IMG/VR virus record: IMGVR_UViG_3300010362_000049
Coordinates: 1 to 40,312 of that record
DNA from: a virus
Taxonomy: Duplodnaviria; Caudoviricetes
Reading direction: 5' to 3' (one strand)
Length of the DNA: 40,312 nucleotides
Positions within the stretch are counted from its first letter, which is position 1. Each line of letters opens with the position of its first letter. A program made the translations under genes and the position numbers. The notes beneath the pieces were generated by a model. That model saw only the letters and a list, made by a program, of their open reading frames with translations. It did not search any database and had not been told where the DNA came from. Below, one piece after another: positions 8,602-18,291 of the stretch.

Positions 8602-8787
8602 ATGAGTCGACCCGGCCGGCCTCGTGTCGATCCGCGCGACCAATCGGTCACGCTCTGTCTCACGTTGCCTGCCCGCCAGTATGACCGTGCCTGTCACGAT
8701 GCCCGCCGCGCCGATGTCTCAGTCGCGGAAGTGATTCGCCGGCAGCTCGCCGCCGCGAAGTCACAAGCGACTGAGGAAGACGAATAA
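8602..8787 (+). CDS. Ribbon-helix-helix protein upstream of the head operon
   Basis: GRPR motif, beta strand VTLCLTLP, helices YDRACHDARR / VSVAEVIRR. Confidence 0.7.
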   Translation: MSRPGRPRVDPRDQSVTLCLTLPARQYDRACHDARRADVSVAEVIRRQLAAAKSQATEEDE

Positions 8788-8840
8788 ACATCTAAAAACT
8801 CGACAACGCCAGCGGCACCCGCTCACCCTCGCGACTAACC

Positions 8841-9098
8841 GTGTGGGCCTGGCTGCGCGCATTGCTTGACGTGATCCTTGGTCTGCCACCGTGCCGGCTG
8901 CGGGTGATTGTCGTCAACCTGAAGAGTGATCCTGACAACGCGCTCGAAGGCGTGCTCTGGAGTGCGCGCGGCGACTGGTATGTGCTGCGCAATGGCGCAC
9001 TCGTCAACCCGAACGCGGACCCCGACAAACGCCGCATTCCGGCCGAAGGCGAACTCGTGATTCATCGCGGCAACATCGCGTACTTACAGGTCTTCTGA
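8841..9098 (+). CDS. Conserved-looking small protein preceding the portal
   Basis: 85 aa, beta-rich, directly abuts the portal start. Confidence 0.7.
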   Translation: MWAWLRALLDVILGLPPCRLRVIVVNLKSDPDNALEGVLWSARGDWYVLRNGALVNPNADPDKRRIPAEGELVIHRGNIAYLQVF

Positions 9099-10586
9099 GT
9101 GGCGATCGTCCGATCCTTCGGCGTCTTCCAAAGCACCGAGCGCCGCGCTGCGTTAGTCCCGACCGTGAGTGCGGCGCCGGCCTTCGGCATGACCTACGGC
9201 CTCGGCCAGCAATACGCGCTGATCTATGCGTCACAGCCGAACGTGCGGACCTGCGTCGACTTTCTCGCGCGCAACATCGCACAAGTCGGGTATCACGTGT
9301 TTCGGCGGGTGTCGGATACCGATCGGGTGCGCTTGGCCGATCACCAACTCAGCGACTGGCTGGAGCACCCGAACCCGTACACCTCGAGGTACCGCCTGTT
9401 CGAGAGTTACGTGGCGGATCTCGCGCTCTATTTCAATGCGTACTGGCTGAAGGTGCGCGAGCCCGATCGCATCGGCCTGGTGCGCGTCCCACCGCCGTCG
9501 ATGACGGTCGAAGGCGGATTACTGCCGGAAACGTTCATCTATCACGGCAATACGCAGACGCCCTTTGCGCCGTCGGAAGTCGTCTATGCGAACGGGTACA
9601 ACCCACTAAATCCCATCTTCGGCCTCTCACCGATCGAAACGTTGCGGCGGGTACTGGCTGAGGAAGCGGCCGCCGGCGAGCACCGCGAACGGTACTGGCG
9701 CAATGCCTCTCGCATGGAAGGCATCATCGAGCGGCCGAAGGACGCACCGAGGTGGACGCCCGAACAGAAACAAAAATGGCGTGAGCAGTGGCAGCAGCGG
9801 TACACCGGTCCCGCGAGTGTCGGCGCCGTCCCGGTCTTAGAAGACGGCATGACCTTCAAAGAGATTTCCTACTCGATGAAGGATTCCGACTATCTCAACG
9901 CGCGCAAACTCACGCGCGAAGAGTGCGCCGCGGCCTGGCACATTCCGCTCCCGATGGTCGGCATTCTCGATCACGCCACCTTCAGCAACATCAAAGAGCA
10001 GCACAAACAGCTGTACCAAGACTGCCTCGGGCCCTGGCTGGAAATGCTGGCGCAAGCGATCGAATTACAACTGCTGCCGGACTGTCAGGATACCGCCGGC
10101 ATTTACACCGAATTCAACATTGCCGACAAGATGAAGGGTTCGTTTGAAGAGCAGGCGGACTCACTGCGGCAAGCGGTCGACGGGCCGATCATGACGGCGA
10201 ATGAAGCGCGCTCTCGCTTGAACTTACCGCGCCTCGATGATCCGCGCGCTGATCGCTTGAACGAACCACGCGGCGGGCCATCGGTCGAAGTGCGGCCTGG
10301 TGCGGCCGGCGCCGCGGTGCCGTCGATCGTGCGCGCGCACTGGGCCCGACAACGTTCGCGACTGGAGCGGCTACCAGTCGACGAGCGCGCCGAAGCCCTG
10401 AATCACCAGCGGTGCACCAGCGAGCTCGCGGCGGACCTCTCGCGTCACCTCGGCCGCGGCGAGGCCTGGACGTATGCGGCGCGGGTCACTGACGAGACAT
10501 ACACGCTCTTACTCGAAGGGCGCCAGGCTTTCGGCGCCGATCGGGAACCGCGGCCAGTGGAGTACAGCTATGACCAAGCGGCGTGA
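9099..10586 (+). CDS. HK97-family portal protein
   Basis: GLSPIE, VLEDGMTF, TFSNIKEQ, IMTANEARSRLNLP motifs. Confidence 0.95.
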   Translation: MAIVRSFGVFQSTERRAALVPTVSAAPAFGMTYGLGQQYALIYASQPNVRTCVDFLARNIAQVGYHVFRRVSDTDRVRLADHQLSDWLEHPNPYTSRYRLFESYVADLALYFNAYWLKVREPDRIGLVRVPPPSMTVEGGLLPETFIYHGNTQTPFAPSEVVYANGYNPLNPIFGLSPIETLRRVLAEEAAAGEHRERYWRNASRMEGIIERPKDAPRWTPEQKQKWREQWQQRYTGPASVGAVPVLEDGMTFKEISYSMKDSDYLNARKLTREECAAAWHIPLPMVGILDHATFSNIKEQHKQLYQDCLGPWLEMLAQAIELQLLPDCQDTAGIYTEFNIADKMKGSFEEQADSLRQAVDGPIMTANEARSRLNLPRLDDPRADRLNEPRGGPSVEVRPGAAGAAVPSIVRAHWARQRSRLERLPVDERAEALNHQRCTSELAADLSRHLGRGEAWTYAARVTDETYTLLLEGRQAFGADREPRPVEYSYDQAA

Positions 10587-11592
10587 TAGCGCGCGATACG
10601 AGCACTTAGTCGCGTTCGCACTGGAGCACCCGTGGGCGATTACGCCCGCGATGCGCGCGATCGTCGCGGGGATTCTCGTGCGGCGCATCGTCGGCGAGGA
10701 CCCCGACGAGGACGCGATCGCCGCGGCGATTCAAGCGCGAGAGACGCGCGTGCATCCGGTCAATAGCGGCGGGCTCGTGGCGGTCATTCCGATCGCGGGT
10801 GTGCTCGCACCGCGCATGAATCTGTTTTCCGACATGAGCGGCGGCACGTCATTCGAGTTACTCAGCAAACAATTCAGAACCGCCGTCGATGATCCGAATG
10901 TGAAGACCGTCGTTTTCGACGTCGATAGTCCAGGCGGGAACGTCGCGGGTGCGACCGAGTTCGCGCGCGAGGTCCTGAAGGCGCGCACGCAGAAACGGAT
11001 CATCGCGCACGCACAGTACCTGATGGCCTCAGCGAGTTACTGGCCGATGGCGTGCGCGACTGAGATTGTCGCGTCACCCTCGGCAATGGTCGGATCGATC
11101 GGCGTCTATGCCTTGCACGATGACGTGAGCGAGATGCTCGCGAAGATGGGCATCAAGCGCGAAGTTTTCACCGCGGGCAAATACAAAGGCGAAGGCGCCG
11201 ACGGCGGGCCTCTGTCCGAGGATGCCCGCGCGCACGTCCAAACCTTGATCGATGGATCGTACGGGCGCTTTGTCGGCGACGTCGCGAAAGGCCGCGGTGT
11301 GTCACCAGCCGAGGTCCGCAAGGGTTTCGGCGAAGGCCGCGCGCTCGGTGCCGAGGCCGCTCTAAGTGCCGGCCTGATCGATCGGATCGATACGTTTGAA
11401 AACACACTCGCCCGCGCGAGTAAGCCGACCTCGAGCGGCGACGCGCGCGGCACGCTGGAGTCACCGCCCGTGGTCACGGACCAGGAGCCGGCACCGCCGG
11501 CCACGTCCCAGGAATCACGCGCGGCGATCGATGCGTCGTTTGTCGAGTACGAGCAGCGAGTGCTTGCACTCACGACAAAGAGGCTGCGATGA
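10570..11592 (+). CDS. S49-family prohead protease
   Basis: DVDSPGG, ASASYW, VGSIGV, AGKYK, GLIDRI motifs; start MTKRR at 10570. Confidence 0.92.
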   Translation: MTKRRDSARYEHLVAFALEHPWAITPAMRAIVAGILVRRIVGEDPDEDAIAAAIQARETRVHPVNSGGLVAVIPIAGVLAPRMNLFSDMSGGTSFELLSKQFRTAVDDPNVKTVVFDVDSPGGNVAGATEFAREVLKARTQKRIIAHAQYLMASASYWPMACATEIVASPSAMVGSIGVYALHDDVSEMLAKMGIKREVFTAGKYKGEGADGGPLSEDARAHVQTLIDGSYGRFVGDVAKGRGVSPAEVRKGFGEGRALGAEAALSAGLIDRIDTFENTLARASKPTSSGDARGTLESPPVVTDQEPAPPATSQESRAAIDASFVEYEQRVLALTTKRLR

Positions 11593-12896
11593 ATACCGTG
11601 CAATGGGAATCGGATTTGCGCGCGGCGACTAACAAGGCCCGCGCACTCATCGAAACGATCACGCAAACCTGTCAGGAGCATGTCACCCCGGCGACCGCCA
11701 CCGCGCCGGCGGTCACCGGCCGACTGATGACGGCTGACGAGCGCGCGAGTATCGACGCGGCGCTGGCAGCCGCGGAAGAGATTCAGAAGAAAATCGATCG
11801 CGCACAAAGTGACGCCTCGATGCTCGCACGGCTCGACAAGATGACGGGCGGCGCCGGCACGCGGCCGACCTCGACCGGTGGCAATGGCGGCACCGGACTC
11901 ACGTTGCATCAGCAATCAGTCGGCCGGCAGTTTGTGCAGTCGGCTGAATTCCAGAACCTGATCAAGAGTCGGTTACATCGCGGGTCGAGTTCCTGGTCAA
12001 CCGGCGCCGTCGAGTGCTTCAACCTACGTGCGACCACGATCACCTCTGACCCCGCGTCGGCCGGCAAACTGATCGTGCCGCAGTATCTACCCGGGATTCA
12101 GCCGCTCCTATTCAAGCGCCTGGTGGTCGCCGACTTGATGGGCTCGGGCACAACGGATTCAAACGCGATCGTCTACATGGTGGAAACGGTCTTCACCAAT
12201 GCGGCGACGCCCGTGGCAGAAGGCGCCGCGAAGCCGGAAAGCACGTTAGTTTTCGATCAGAAAACGGACCCGGTGTCGAAGATTGCGCATTGGATTCCTG
12301 TCACCGAGGAACTCCTGGAAGACGTGCCCGCGATGGAGAGTTACATCGATGCGCGCTTGCGGCTCGGTGTCGAACTCGCCGAGGAAGACCAGTTACTCAA
12401 CGGCAACGGCACCCCGCCGAATGTGCTCGGCCTCATGAATCGGTCGGGCCTCGCGCCGGCATTGGCGCGCGATTCGGCGGCCACGCCACCGGAAACAAAC
12501 GCCGATGTGCTCGCGCGGCAGACGATGGCGATCGCGACCAGCTCGTTTGTCTATCCCGATGGGTACATGCTGAATCCGGCCAACTGGTTCAAGATCCAGA
12601 TCAGCAAAGACAACAACGGGCAGTACTACGGCATGGGACCATTCTCGCCGCTCCCGACGCCGTCGTTGTGGGGCTTACCCGTCGCGGTCACGCCGTCGAT
12701 CGTTGCGGGCACGGGACTGGTGGGTGCGTTCAGCACGCAGTCACAAGTCTTCCGCAAGGGTGGGATTCGCGTCGAAGCGAGTAACAGTCACCAAGACTAC
12801 TTCATCAAAAACCTCGTCGCGATTCGCGCGGAAGAACGCCTCGCGCTCGCGGTGTATCGGCCTGGTGCGTTCGGCAAAGTGACCGGACTCAACTAA
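11589..12896 (+). CDS. HK97-fold major capsid protein
   Basis: Coiled-coil delta domain; VAEGAAKPES, EDQLLNGNG, LWGLPV, NLVAIRAEERLAL. Confidence 0.95.
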   Translation: MNTVQWESDLRAATNKARALIETITQTCQEHVTPATATAPAVTGRLMTADERASIDAALAAAEEIQKKIDRAQSDASMLARLDKMTGGAGTRPTSTGGNGGTGLTLHQQSVGRQFVQSAEFQNLIKSRLHRGSSSWSTGAVECFNLRATTITSDPASAGKLIVPQYLPGIQPLLFKRLVVADLMGSGTTDSNAIVYMVETVFTNAATPVAEGAAKPESTLVFDQKTDPVSKIAHWIPVTEELLEDVPAMESYIDARLRLGVELAEEDQLLNGNGTPPNVLGLMNRSGLAPALARDSAATPPETNADVLARQTMAIATSSFVYPDGYMLNPANWFKIQISKDNNGQYYGMGPFSPLPTPSLWGLPVAVTPSIVAGTGLVGAFSTQSQVFRKGGIRVEASNSHQDYFIKNLVAIRAEERLALAVYRPGAFGKVTGLN

Positions 12897-12910
12897 GGAA
12901 GGATCGTCCA

Positions 12911-13237
12911 ATGGCAGACGAAACACCGCCGCCTGAACCGGGCTGGACGAACGTGCCCGAAGACCTCGGCATCGGCGCGCTCGCCGTGCCAGCGGGCGGC
13001 ATCGACATGGACATACCTGGGTGGAGTAACAACGGGCCCGCCTCGACAGGCGCGACGGCGGGCATACCCGGCGCGTGGACCCCGACGAACTCCGATCGGC
13101 CGAATCGGTTTCAGGACATGAATACGATCACGGCGTCACCGGCAACGGCGTGGACCACTGGGCAATACATTGTGCTGGGCGACGGGAGTAAGGCGTACTG
13201 GGGCGGCGCCGCGTGGACCGCTGGGATCAAGCCCTGA
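12911..13237 (+). CDS. Hypothetical structural protein
   Basis: AAGGAAGG RBS; directly after the capsid gene. Confidence 0.7.
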   Translation: MADETPPPEPGWTNVPEDLGIGALAVPAGGIDMDIPGWSNNGPASTGATAGIPGAWTPTNSDRPNRFQDMNTITASPATAWTTGQYIVLGDGSKAYWGGAAWTAGIKP

Positions 13238-13249
13238 CGGTGGAGTCAC

Positions 13250-13501
13250 GTGATGTTTTGGTGGTGGAAAGCTGATCCTGGTCCGTGTCCGGTCGATGAT
13301 GCGCCGCACACAACGTGCACGAGCCAGGGTTACATCGCCGCGCCGTATCCGTCGACGGCGCAACAAACGGTGTCGGTGTCCGCGCCACTGCCGGCCGCGA
13401 CTGGGACGGCCGGCGGCAGCGCGGCGCCGAAGCCGGCGCCAGAGCCGTCGACTACGTTTACGACAAAGACCTATCGGCGCCGGCCGAAGGCCTCATCATG
13501 A
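13250..13501 (+). CDS. Hypothetical protein
   Basis: GGAG RBS; ATGA overlap with the connector gene. Confidence 0.6.
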   Translation: MMFWWWKADPGPCPVDDAPHTTCTSQGYIAAPYPSTAQQTVSVSAPLPAATGTAGGSAAPKPAPEPSTTFTTKTYRRRPKASS

Positions 13502-14106
13502 TCGACTTCGATGATCTGATCTCGCCGCTCGGCGAGCACCTGGTGTCAGTGATCACCGTGCCGCCGAGTAACGAGCCACTGACGCTCGCACAAGGGAAGC
13601 TGCGCGCCGGCCTCGATTGGCCCGATGGTGATCCGCGCGATGACTTGATGAACGGCTTTATCAGGACCGCGCGGACAAAAGTCGAAACCGATGGCTCACT
13701 GGCGCTGCTGACCCAGACGCGGGAGCTCTACTACGACGCGGTGCCGATCGTGTTACAGCTGACCGTGCGTCCGATTCAATCGGCGATCGTCACCGCGGTG
13801 CTCGCGGATGGGACGGAGCAAATCATCGATCCGGCGACCTACACGATCGACAAAGCCGGCGGTCGCATCGGCTTCACCACGGCGCCGGCGGGCACGTTGC
13901 GATCGTTTCAACCGTGGGTGATCGAAGTGGTCGCAGGCTGGAGTACACCGACGGAGATTCCGCCCGACCTGATGCAACTCGTCGGATTACTCACCGCGCA
14001 TTACGCGACCCTCGGCCGCGACCTCGCGAGCGTTGAATCGATCGAAGACGTGCCGTACGGCTACGCGGAACTCATCGAGCCGTGGCGCCTGGAGATCCTG
14101 CCGTGA
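13498..14106 (+). CDS. Head-tail connector (gp6-like)
   Basis: EPLTLAQGK, ARTKVE...LLTQT, AGW...IPPDL...LLTAHY. Confidence 0.85.
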   Translation: MIDFDDLISPLGEHLVSVITVPPSNEPLTLAQGKLRAGLDWPDGDPRDDLMNGFIRTARTKVETDGSLALLTQTRELYYDAVPIVLQLTVRPIQSAIVTAVLADGTEQIIDPATYTIDKAGGRIGFTTAPAGTLRSFQPWVIEVVAGWSTPTEIPPDLMQLVGLLTAHYATLGRDLASVESIEDVPYGYAELIEPWRLEILP

Positions 14107-14531
14107 TCGGCGTACAAACCGCGGTCGGCGATCGGCCGCATCGCGTCACGTTGCAGGACCCCGGCGAAGCGATGCCCGATGGGGTCGGCGGATTTACCGA
14201 AGGCTGGAGCGACTTGAATCCGCCGGCGATCTATGTCCGCATCCAGAACGCGAGCATTGCGGACCTCGAGCGCGTCACCGCCGGGACGGTCGTCACGTCG
14301 GCGACGCACATCATTAGCGGGCCGTATCACCCCGGCGTGTCGACACGGACGCGCCTGCGATTCATCGACTTACAAGGCCGCACCCGCTACTTCAACGTGA
14401 CCGGCATCGGCAATCGCGATGAGCGCAACGTCGACATGGTCCTCACGTGCGAAGAGCGGATCACGGACGCGGGCGTGAAGGCCGGGATGCCGCTCTTTGA
14501 TCCGGCGGTGTTCGATAGGACGACGCGCTGA
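14103..14531 (+). CDS. Head closure / head-tail adaptor
   Basis: HRVTLQ.P....DG.GG....W pattern and position. Confidence 0.85.
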   Translation: MIGVQTAVGDRPHRVTLQDPGEAMPDGVGGFTEGWSDLNPPAIYVRIQNASIADLERVTAGTVVTSATHIISGPYHPGVSTRTRLRFIDLQGRTRYFNVTGIGNRDERNVDMVLTCEERITDAGVKAGMPLFDPAVFDRTTR

Positions 14532-15736
14532 TGGGCACGATCAATCATCGGCATCACACCGACTTACCCGACAATCCCGCCGCGGACATTTCGTCTGACG
14601 AGTGGAATGACTCCCTCGTGATCCTCGGCGGCGACGAAACCGGCTCGGTGCTGGTGCGAGATACGACGGCGCTCGATGGCTGGACCTCGGTCCCGTCGGC
14701 CGCGGGCATTCTCACGTGTGCGGGTGCGGGGACGCTGCCGGCCTTTCATCCGGCCGCGGCCGCACCGCCGCTCGCGCATCATGTTACCCACGAGATCGGC
14801 GGCACCGATGCGATTGCCGCGCTCGATGCCGCAGTGATCACGCAAGGCACGATCAATCTGGCGCGACTGCCGGCGAGTCTCGCGACGAAGCCGATTCCAA
14901 TCGCCGATGGTGGCACGGGTGTCACGACGGGATTGACCGCTCTCAACGCGGCGAATCTCACGAGCGGGACGATTCCGACGGCGCGGTTTCCGACCGATCT
15001 GGCGCTGACTAGTTCGCTCAGTATCGGCACCAATCCGGCGACGACCGGCGCGATCCGCCTCGCCAATAACACCACGATTCAATTACGAAACAACGCCAAT
15101 ACGGCCAATATTCAATTAGTCAAGGTCGGCACGGCCGATGCGGTGGAATTTGGTGACGGCGCGTATAACACCTACTTCTATGGCACGACCTTAAATCTGG
15201 TCACGACGAATTACGTGTTACTTGGCGCGGGCGGTGTGAACTATATCCTCACGTCAACAGTGTTGCGACCAAACGCCACCGACAACGCGCAGGATTTAGG
15301 CGCGGCAGCTCAGAAATGGCGCAGTATCTATGCTGGCACGTCGCTCAGTATCGGCACCAATCCAGCGACGAGCGGCGCGATCCGTCTCGCGAATAATCAG
15401 GCGATTAGTTGGAGGAACGCGGCGAACAACGCTGATGTTATCGGCGTCACAATCAATGCTGCCGATAATCTGACATTGGTTAGTGGCGGGAATGCGATTA
15501 TCAATGTCACAGGACACCTCGTCCCATCGAATGATGCGTTATACGTCATGGGTACTGCCGCAAAGAGATTTACAAATATTTTCGTGAGTAGTTCCGTCGT
15601 CAACAAAGTCAAGACGGGCACGCCGACTGATGCGGATGTATCGGGAGCAGCGGACGGTATGTTGGTGCTCGATTCGACCGCCAATAAAATCTGGGTACGA
15701 CTTGGCGGCGCGTGGAAAGGCGTGGCCGTTGCCTGA
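14531..15736 (+). CDS. Fibre-like protein inside the neck module
   Basis: Gly/Ala/Thr/Asn-rich with an internal repeat; N-terminus paralogous to 23397..24107; lower GC in the 3' half. Confidence 0.75.
   Translation: MGTINHRHHTDLPDNPAADISSDEWNDSLVILGGDETGSVLVRDTTALDGWTSVPSAAGILTCAGAGTLPAFHPAAAAPPLAHHVTHEIGGTDAIAALDAAVITQGTINLARLPASLATKPIPIADGGTGVTTGLTALNAANLTSGTIPTARFPTDLALTSSLSIGTNPATTGAIRLANNTTIQLRNNANTANIQLVKVGTADAVEFGDGAYNTYFYGTTLNLVTTNYVLLGAGGVNYILTSTVLRPNATDNAQDLGAAAQKWRSIYAGTSLSIGTNPATSGAIRLANNQAISWRNAANNADVIGVTINAADNLTLVSGGNAIINVTGHLVPSNDALYVMGTAAKRFTNIFVSSSVVNKVKTGTPTDADVSGAADGMLVLDSTANKIWVRLGGAWKGVAVA
15014..15397 (+). repeat. Internal ~57-bp direct repeat in the fibre gene
   Basis: tcgctcagtatcggcaccaatcc...aataa at 15014 and 15341 (SLSIGTNPAT[TS]GAIRLANN x2). 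Confidence 0.85.
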
Positions 15737-15746
15737 ACCGTCCACC

Positions 15747-15896
15747 GTGGAAGCGAAACTGAAAGGGATTATCGGCGACCTGATTTTCCAAATCGCTGCG
15801 TTACAAGTTGAACTTGAGCGCGCGCAGCAGCCGCGCGACGAGCGCCGCGATGAGCGCAACGTTGACCGGGTTCTCACCGGCGAAGAGAGAAAGTGA
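15747..15896 (+). CDS. Small coiled-coil protein (possible fibre chaperone)
   Basis: IIGDLIFQIAALQVELE heptad pattern directly after the fibre gene. Confidence 0.55.
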   Translation: MEAKLKGIIGDLIFQIAALQVELERAQQPRDERRDERNVDRVLTGEERK

Positions 15897-16114
15897 CGAT
15901 GGCATACGTGCTCCCGCCGCACATTACGAAACCGCTGGAAGATGTCGGGCTCGTGCCGCCGAACGCCGCGCACATCGAGCTTGTGATCCCACCCGACGGC
16001 CTGATGCGACTGCGGTACGAAATCCTCGTGAGGACAGAGCAGCTCGCCGCGCTCGCCGCGGCCTTCACTGACATGGCGCAGAGGTCGCGCATCGCGAACG
16101 ATCCGAGGCGATAG
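15893..16114 (+). CDS. Hypothetical protein, paralog of 37465..37689
   Basis: KPLEDVGLVPPN...LVIPPDG...YE vs KPLQDAGLVPPN...LVIGVDG...YE. Confidence 0.7.
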   Translation: MTMAYVLPPHITKPLEDVGLVPPNAAHIELVIPPDGLMRLRYEILVRTEQLAALAAAFTDMAQRSRIANDPRR

Positions 16115-16564
16115 ATGGCAAAGAAGGGCGGCCGCGGCAACCTACTCGAGATCGAACTGACCGGCCTCAAAGAATTGCGCGAGGCCTTGCAGAAACTGCC
16201 AGAGGACCTCGCGGCCGAAGGGCGACAGATTGTCGAGAATCACACCGAGTTTACGGCGAATAGCCTGGCGATCGCGTACCCGCTCGGTGAGACGGGGAAC
16301 TTGCGCAAGGGCATCAAAACGGAATACATCAACTCACGTTTCGGCACCGTCGGCCGCGTACGCAGCACCTCGCCGCACGCGCACTTGTGGGAGTTCGGCA
16401 CGCAGGATCGGAGGACGCGCGAAGGCTGGTCACGCGGCCGCGTCACACCACGCGGGAAGGAAGAAGGACTCGTCCCGATTTCCGAACGCTGGCGCAAAAA
16501 GATGAATCAGGCACTGGTTGAACTGGTGCGACGCGCGGGCTTCGAGGTGTCGGGTGTCGAATAG
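16115..16564 (+). CDS. HK97 gp10-like neck protein
   Basis: LTGLKEL...TGNLRKGI...AHLWEFGT. Confidence 0.85.
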   Translation: MAKKGGRGNLLEIELTGLKELREALQKLPEDLAAEGRQIVENHTEFTANSLAIAYPLGETGNLRKGIKTEYINSRFGTVGRVRSTSPHAHLWEFGTQDRRTREGWSRGRVTPRGKEEGLVPISERWRKKMNQALVELVRRAGFEVSGVE

Positions 16565-16973
16565 CATCGACGTCGACATCGCGGTGCTCAACCGCATTGC
16601 GAGCGATGCCACGCTGAAGACGATCATGCCGGATGGCACGTGGTGGAAGGTGAGTGCGTCAGGGAAAACCAGAGTCGTGTTGCTCGACTTACTGCATCAC
16701 GAAGTCACCGAGATGCAAGGTGCGATCGCGTACGAACAAATGCTCTATCTCGTCAAAGCGGTCGAGTACTCCCAGAGCGGCCTCAACGTGATCAATGCGG
16801 CGAAGCGTATCCAGGCGCTGCTACTCGATGCGGTGTTTCCGATCACAGGCTATACCGTGATGCGCATTCAATTGTCGGAACTTGTGCACTACGCAGAGCC
16901 CGATAGCGCGAACCCCGATCAACGCTGGCAGCACTGCGGCGCGGTGTACCGCGTCAGTGTCTCACCCAACTAA
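16554..16973 (+). CDS. Tail terminator-like protein
   Basis: Position between the gp10-like gene and the tail tube; GTG start inferred. Confidence 0.7.
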   Translation: MSNSIDVDIAVLNRIASDATLKTIMPDGTWWKVSASGKTRVVLLDLLHHEVTEMQGAIAYEQMLYLVKAVEYSQSGLNVINAAKRIQALLLDAVFPITGYTVMRIQLSELVHYAEPDSANPDQRWQHCGAVYRVSVSPN

Positions 16974-16988
16974 CAGATAGGAGCGACT

Positions 16989-17402
16989 ATGGCTGGCGGA
17001 CGCATTCACGGCAAGAACGGGCAGATCAAGATGGACCCGACGGGCGCCGGCGGCGCTGGTCTGATCATGGTCGCCGACATGAGCGAATGGACGCTCGACA
17101 TGGCGAAGGACCGTGTCGAAGTCACGGCGTTCGGTGACACGAACAAACAGCGTGTGGCCGGGTTGCCTGATTACTCCGGGACCGTCGCGGGCTGGTGGAA
17201 CTCGGCCTCGTCACCGACATTCTTCGATGCGGTGCTCGGCGATGTCGCGGTGATGCTCGACTTGATTCCCGATTCCACTGAGCCGACCTACTTGTTCGAG
17301 GGTAAGGCCAACCTCGATGGGTCGGTGAATTGCAGTGCGACCGGCGCCGTCTCAATTAGCGGGAAGTGGGACGCCGCGGGTAACTGGTCGATGAAACCGT
17401 AG
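16989..17402 (+). CDS. Major tail tube protein
   Basis: EWTLDM..D.VEVTAFGD......GLPDYSG motif; AGGAG RBS. Confidence 0.85.
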   Translation: MAGGRIHGKNGQIKMDPTGAGGAGLIMVADMSEWTLDMAKDRVEVTAFGDTNKQRVAGLPDYSGTVAGWWNSASSPTFFDAVLGDVAVMLDLIPDSTEPTYLFEGKANLDGSVNCSATGAVSISGKWDAAGNWSMKP

Positions 17403-17406
17403 AACC

Positions 17407-17781
17407 GTGGATGTCTCGATTCACGCCGTCACAGGCGTCGTCGCGTCGCTGAAGTGGGGCTATTACTTCGCGGCCTCGATCAACGGATACACGGTCACGA
17501 TTCGCCGCAACCGTCAAACGAAGGCCCGCACGTGGCGCCTGGTGGCGACGGTCATTCAGTGCGATGCCTTCAAGCTGACGCAGCGCCCGCTGATGTTCAT
17601 CGCACCGCATGACAAAGGCGAATGGCACGGTGAGATTCGAGCAATTCACTTCGACGGCGCCGATCGACCGCCGGCGAGCGCACCGTTCACAATTACCGCG
17701 GATCTCGATGGGCTGATCGGCGTCGAGAAAGGAACCACGATCTATGTCACAACCGCTGCCATGTCCGTTCGTTCAGCCTGA
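17407..17781 (+). CDS. Hypothetical tail protein
   Basis: 124 aa ORF within the tail operon. Confidence 0.6.
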   Translation: MDVSIHAVTGVVASLKWGYYFAASINGYTVTIRRNRQTKARTWRLVATVIQCDAFKLTQRPLMFIAPHDKGEWHGEIRAIHFDGADRPPASAPFTITADLDGLIGVEKGTTIYVTTAAMSVRSA

Positions 17782-18148
17782 AGTGGTGCGGCTCGCACTC
17801 ACGAGCGGGCATTACATCGACGTGAAGCGCGAGCTGAATGCCGGCGAGCACCGCAAGGTGTGGGCCGGCATGGTGAAGGATGGCGTCACGCCGGGCGAAG
17901 TCACGAAGCTCGACCCCGAACGTGTCGGACTCACGCGACTACTGGAGTACCTCGTCGGCTGGTCGTTCTGCGATGCGCAAGGGCACCCCGTCCCATTGTC
18001 CGAAGCGGCGCTGCTGAACTTACAGAATCACGTGTTTCGGGAAGTGGCCGAACTCGTCGACAAACACGAAGAGGCCCAGGCGCAGCGCGTGGCCGAGGAA
18101 CAAAAAAAAATCCTCGATGGCGCGACTGGATTAAGAGCGATCTCTTAG
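17744..18148 (+). CDS. Tail assembly chaperone (gpG-like)
   Basis: LVGWSF.D..G.PVP motif; slippery A-run near the end. Confidence 0.8.
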   Translation: MSQPLPCPFVQPEVVRLALTSGHYIDVKRELNAGEHRKVWAGMVKDGVTPGEVTKLDPERVGLTRLLEYLVGWSFCDAQGHPVPLSEAALLNLQNHVFREVAELVDKHEEAQAQRVAEEQKKILDGATGLRAIS

Positions 18149-18291
18149 TCGCGCGCGCGATGCACTGGCGATACGAATGGGTGGCGCAGCTGCCGCGCGA
18201 GGTGTATGACGTCCTTCTCGACATGCTCAACCGCGAAGAGGAACGCGCGGCCGAACAGCGGCGCGAGTTGGAGGCACTAAGTGGCCGTTAA
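18101..18291 (+). other. Programmed -1 frameshift site and gpGT extension
   Basis: CAA AAA AAA ATC at 18101-18112; the -1 frame stays open (NPRWRDWIKSDL...) to 18291, just before the tape measure gene. Confidence 0.8.

Noticed and set aside
14625-14650. Self-target of array segment 35473-35556 (ETGS in the neck fibre)
   Set aside because: Only four consecutive dinucleotides match, expected by chance
18101-18112. A-run as sequencing error
   Set aside because: Position and -1 open frame match the established tail-chaperone frameshift, so annotated as a feature rather than a novelty
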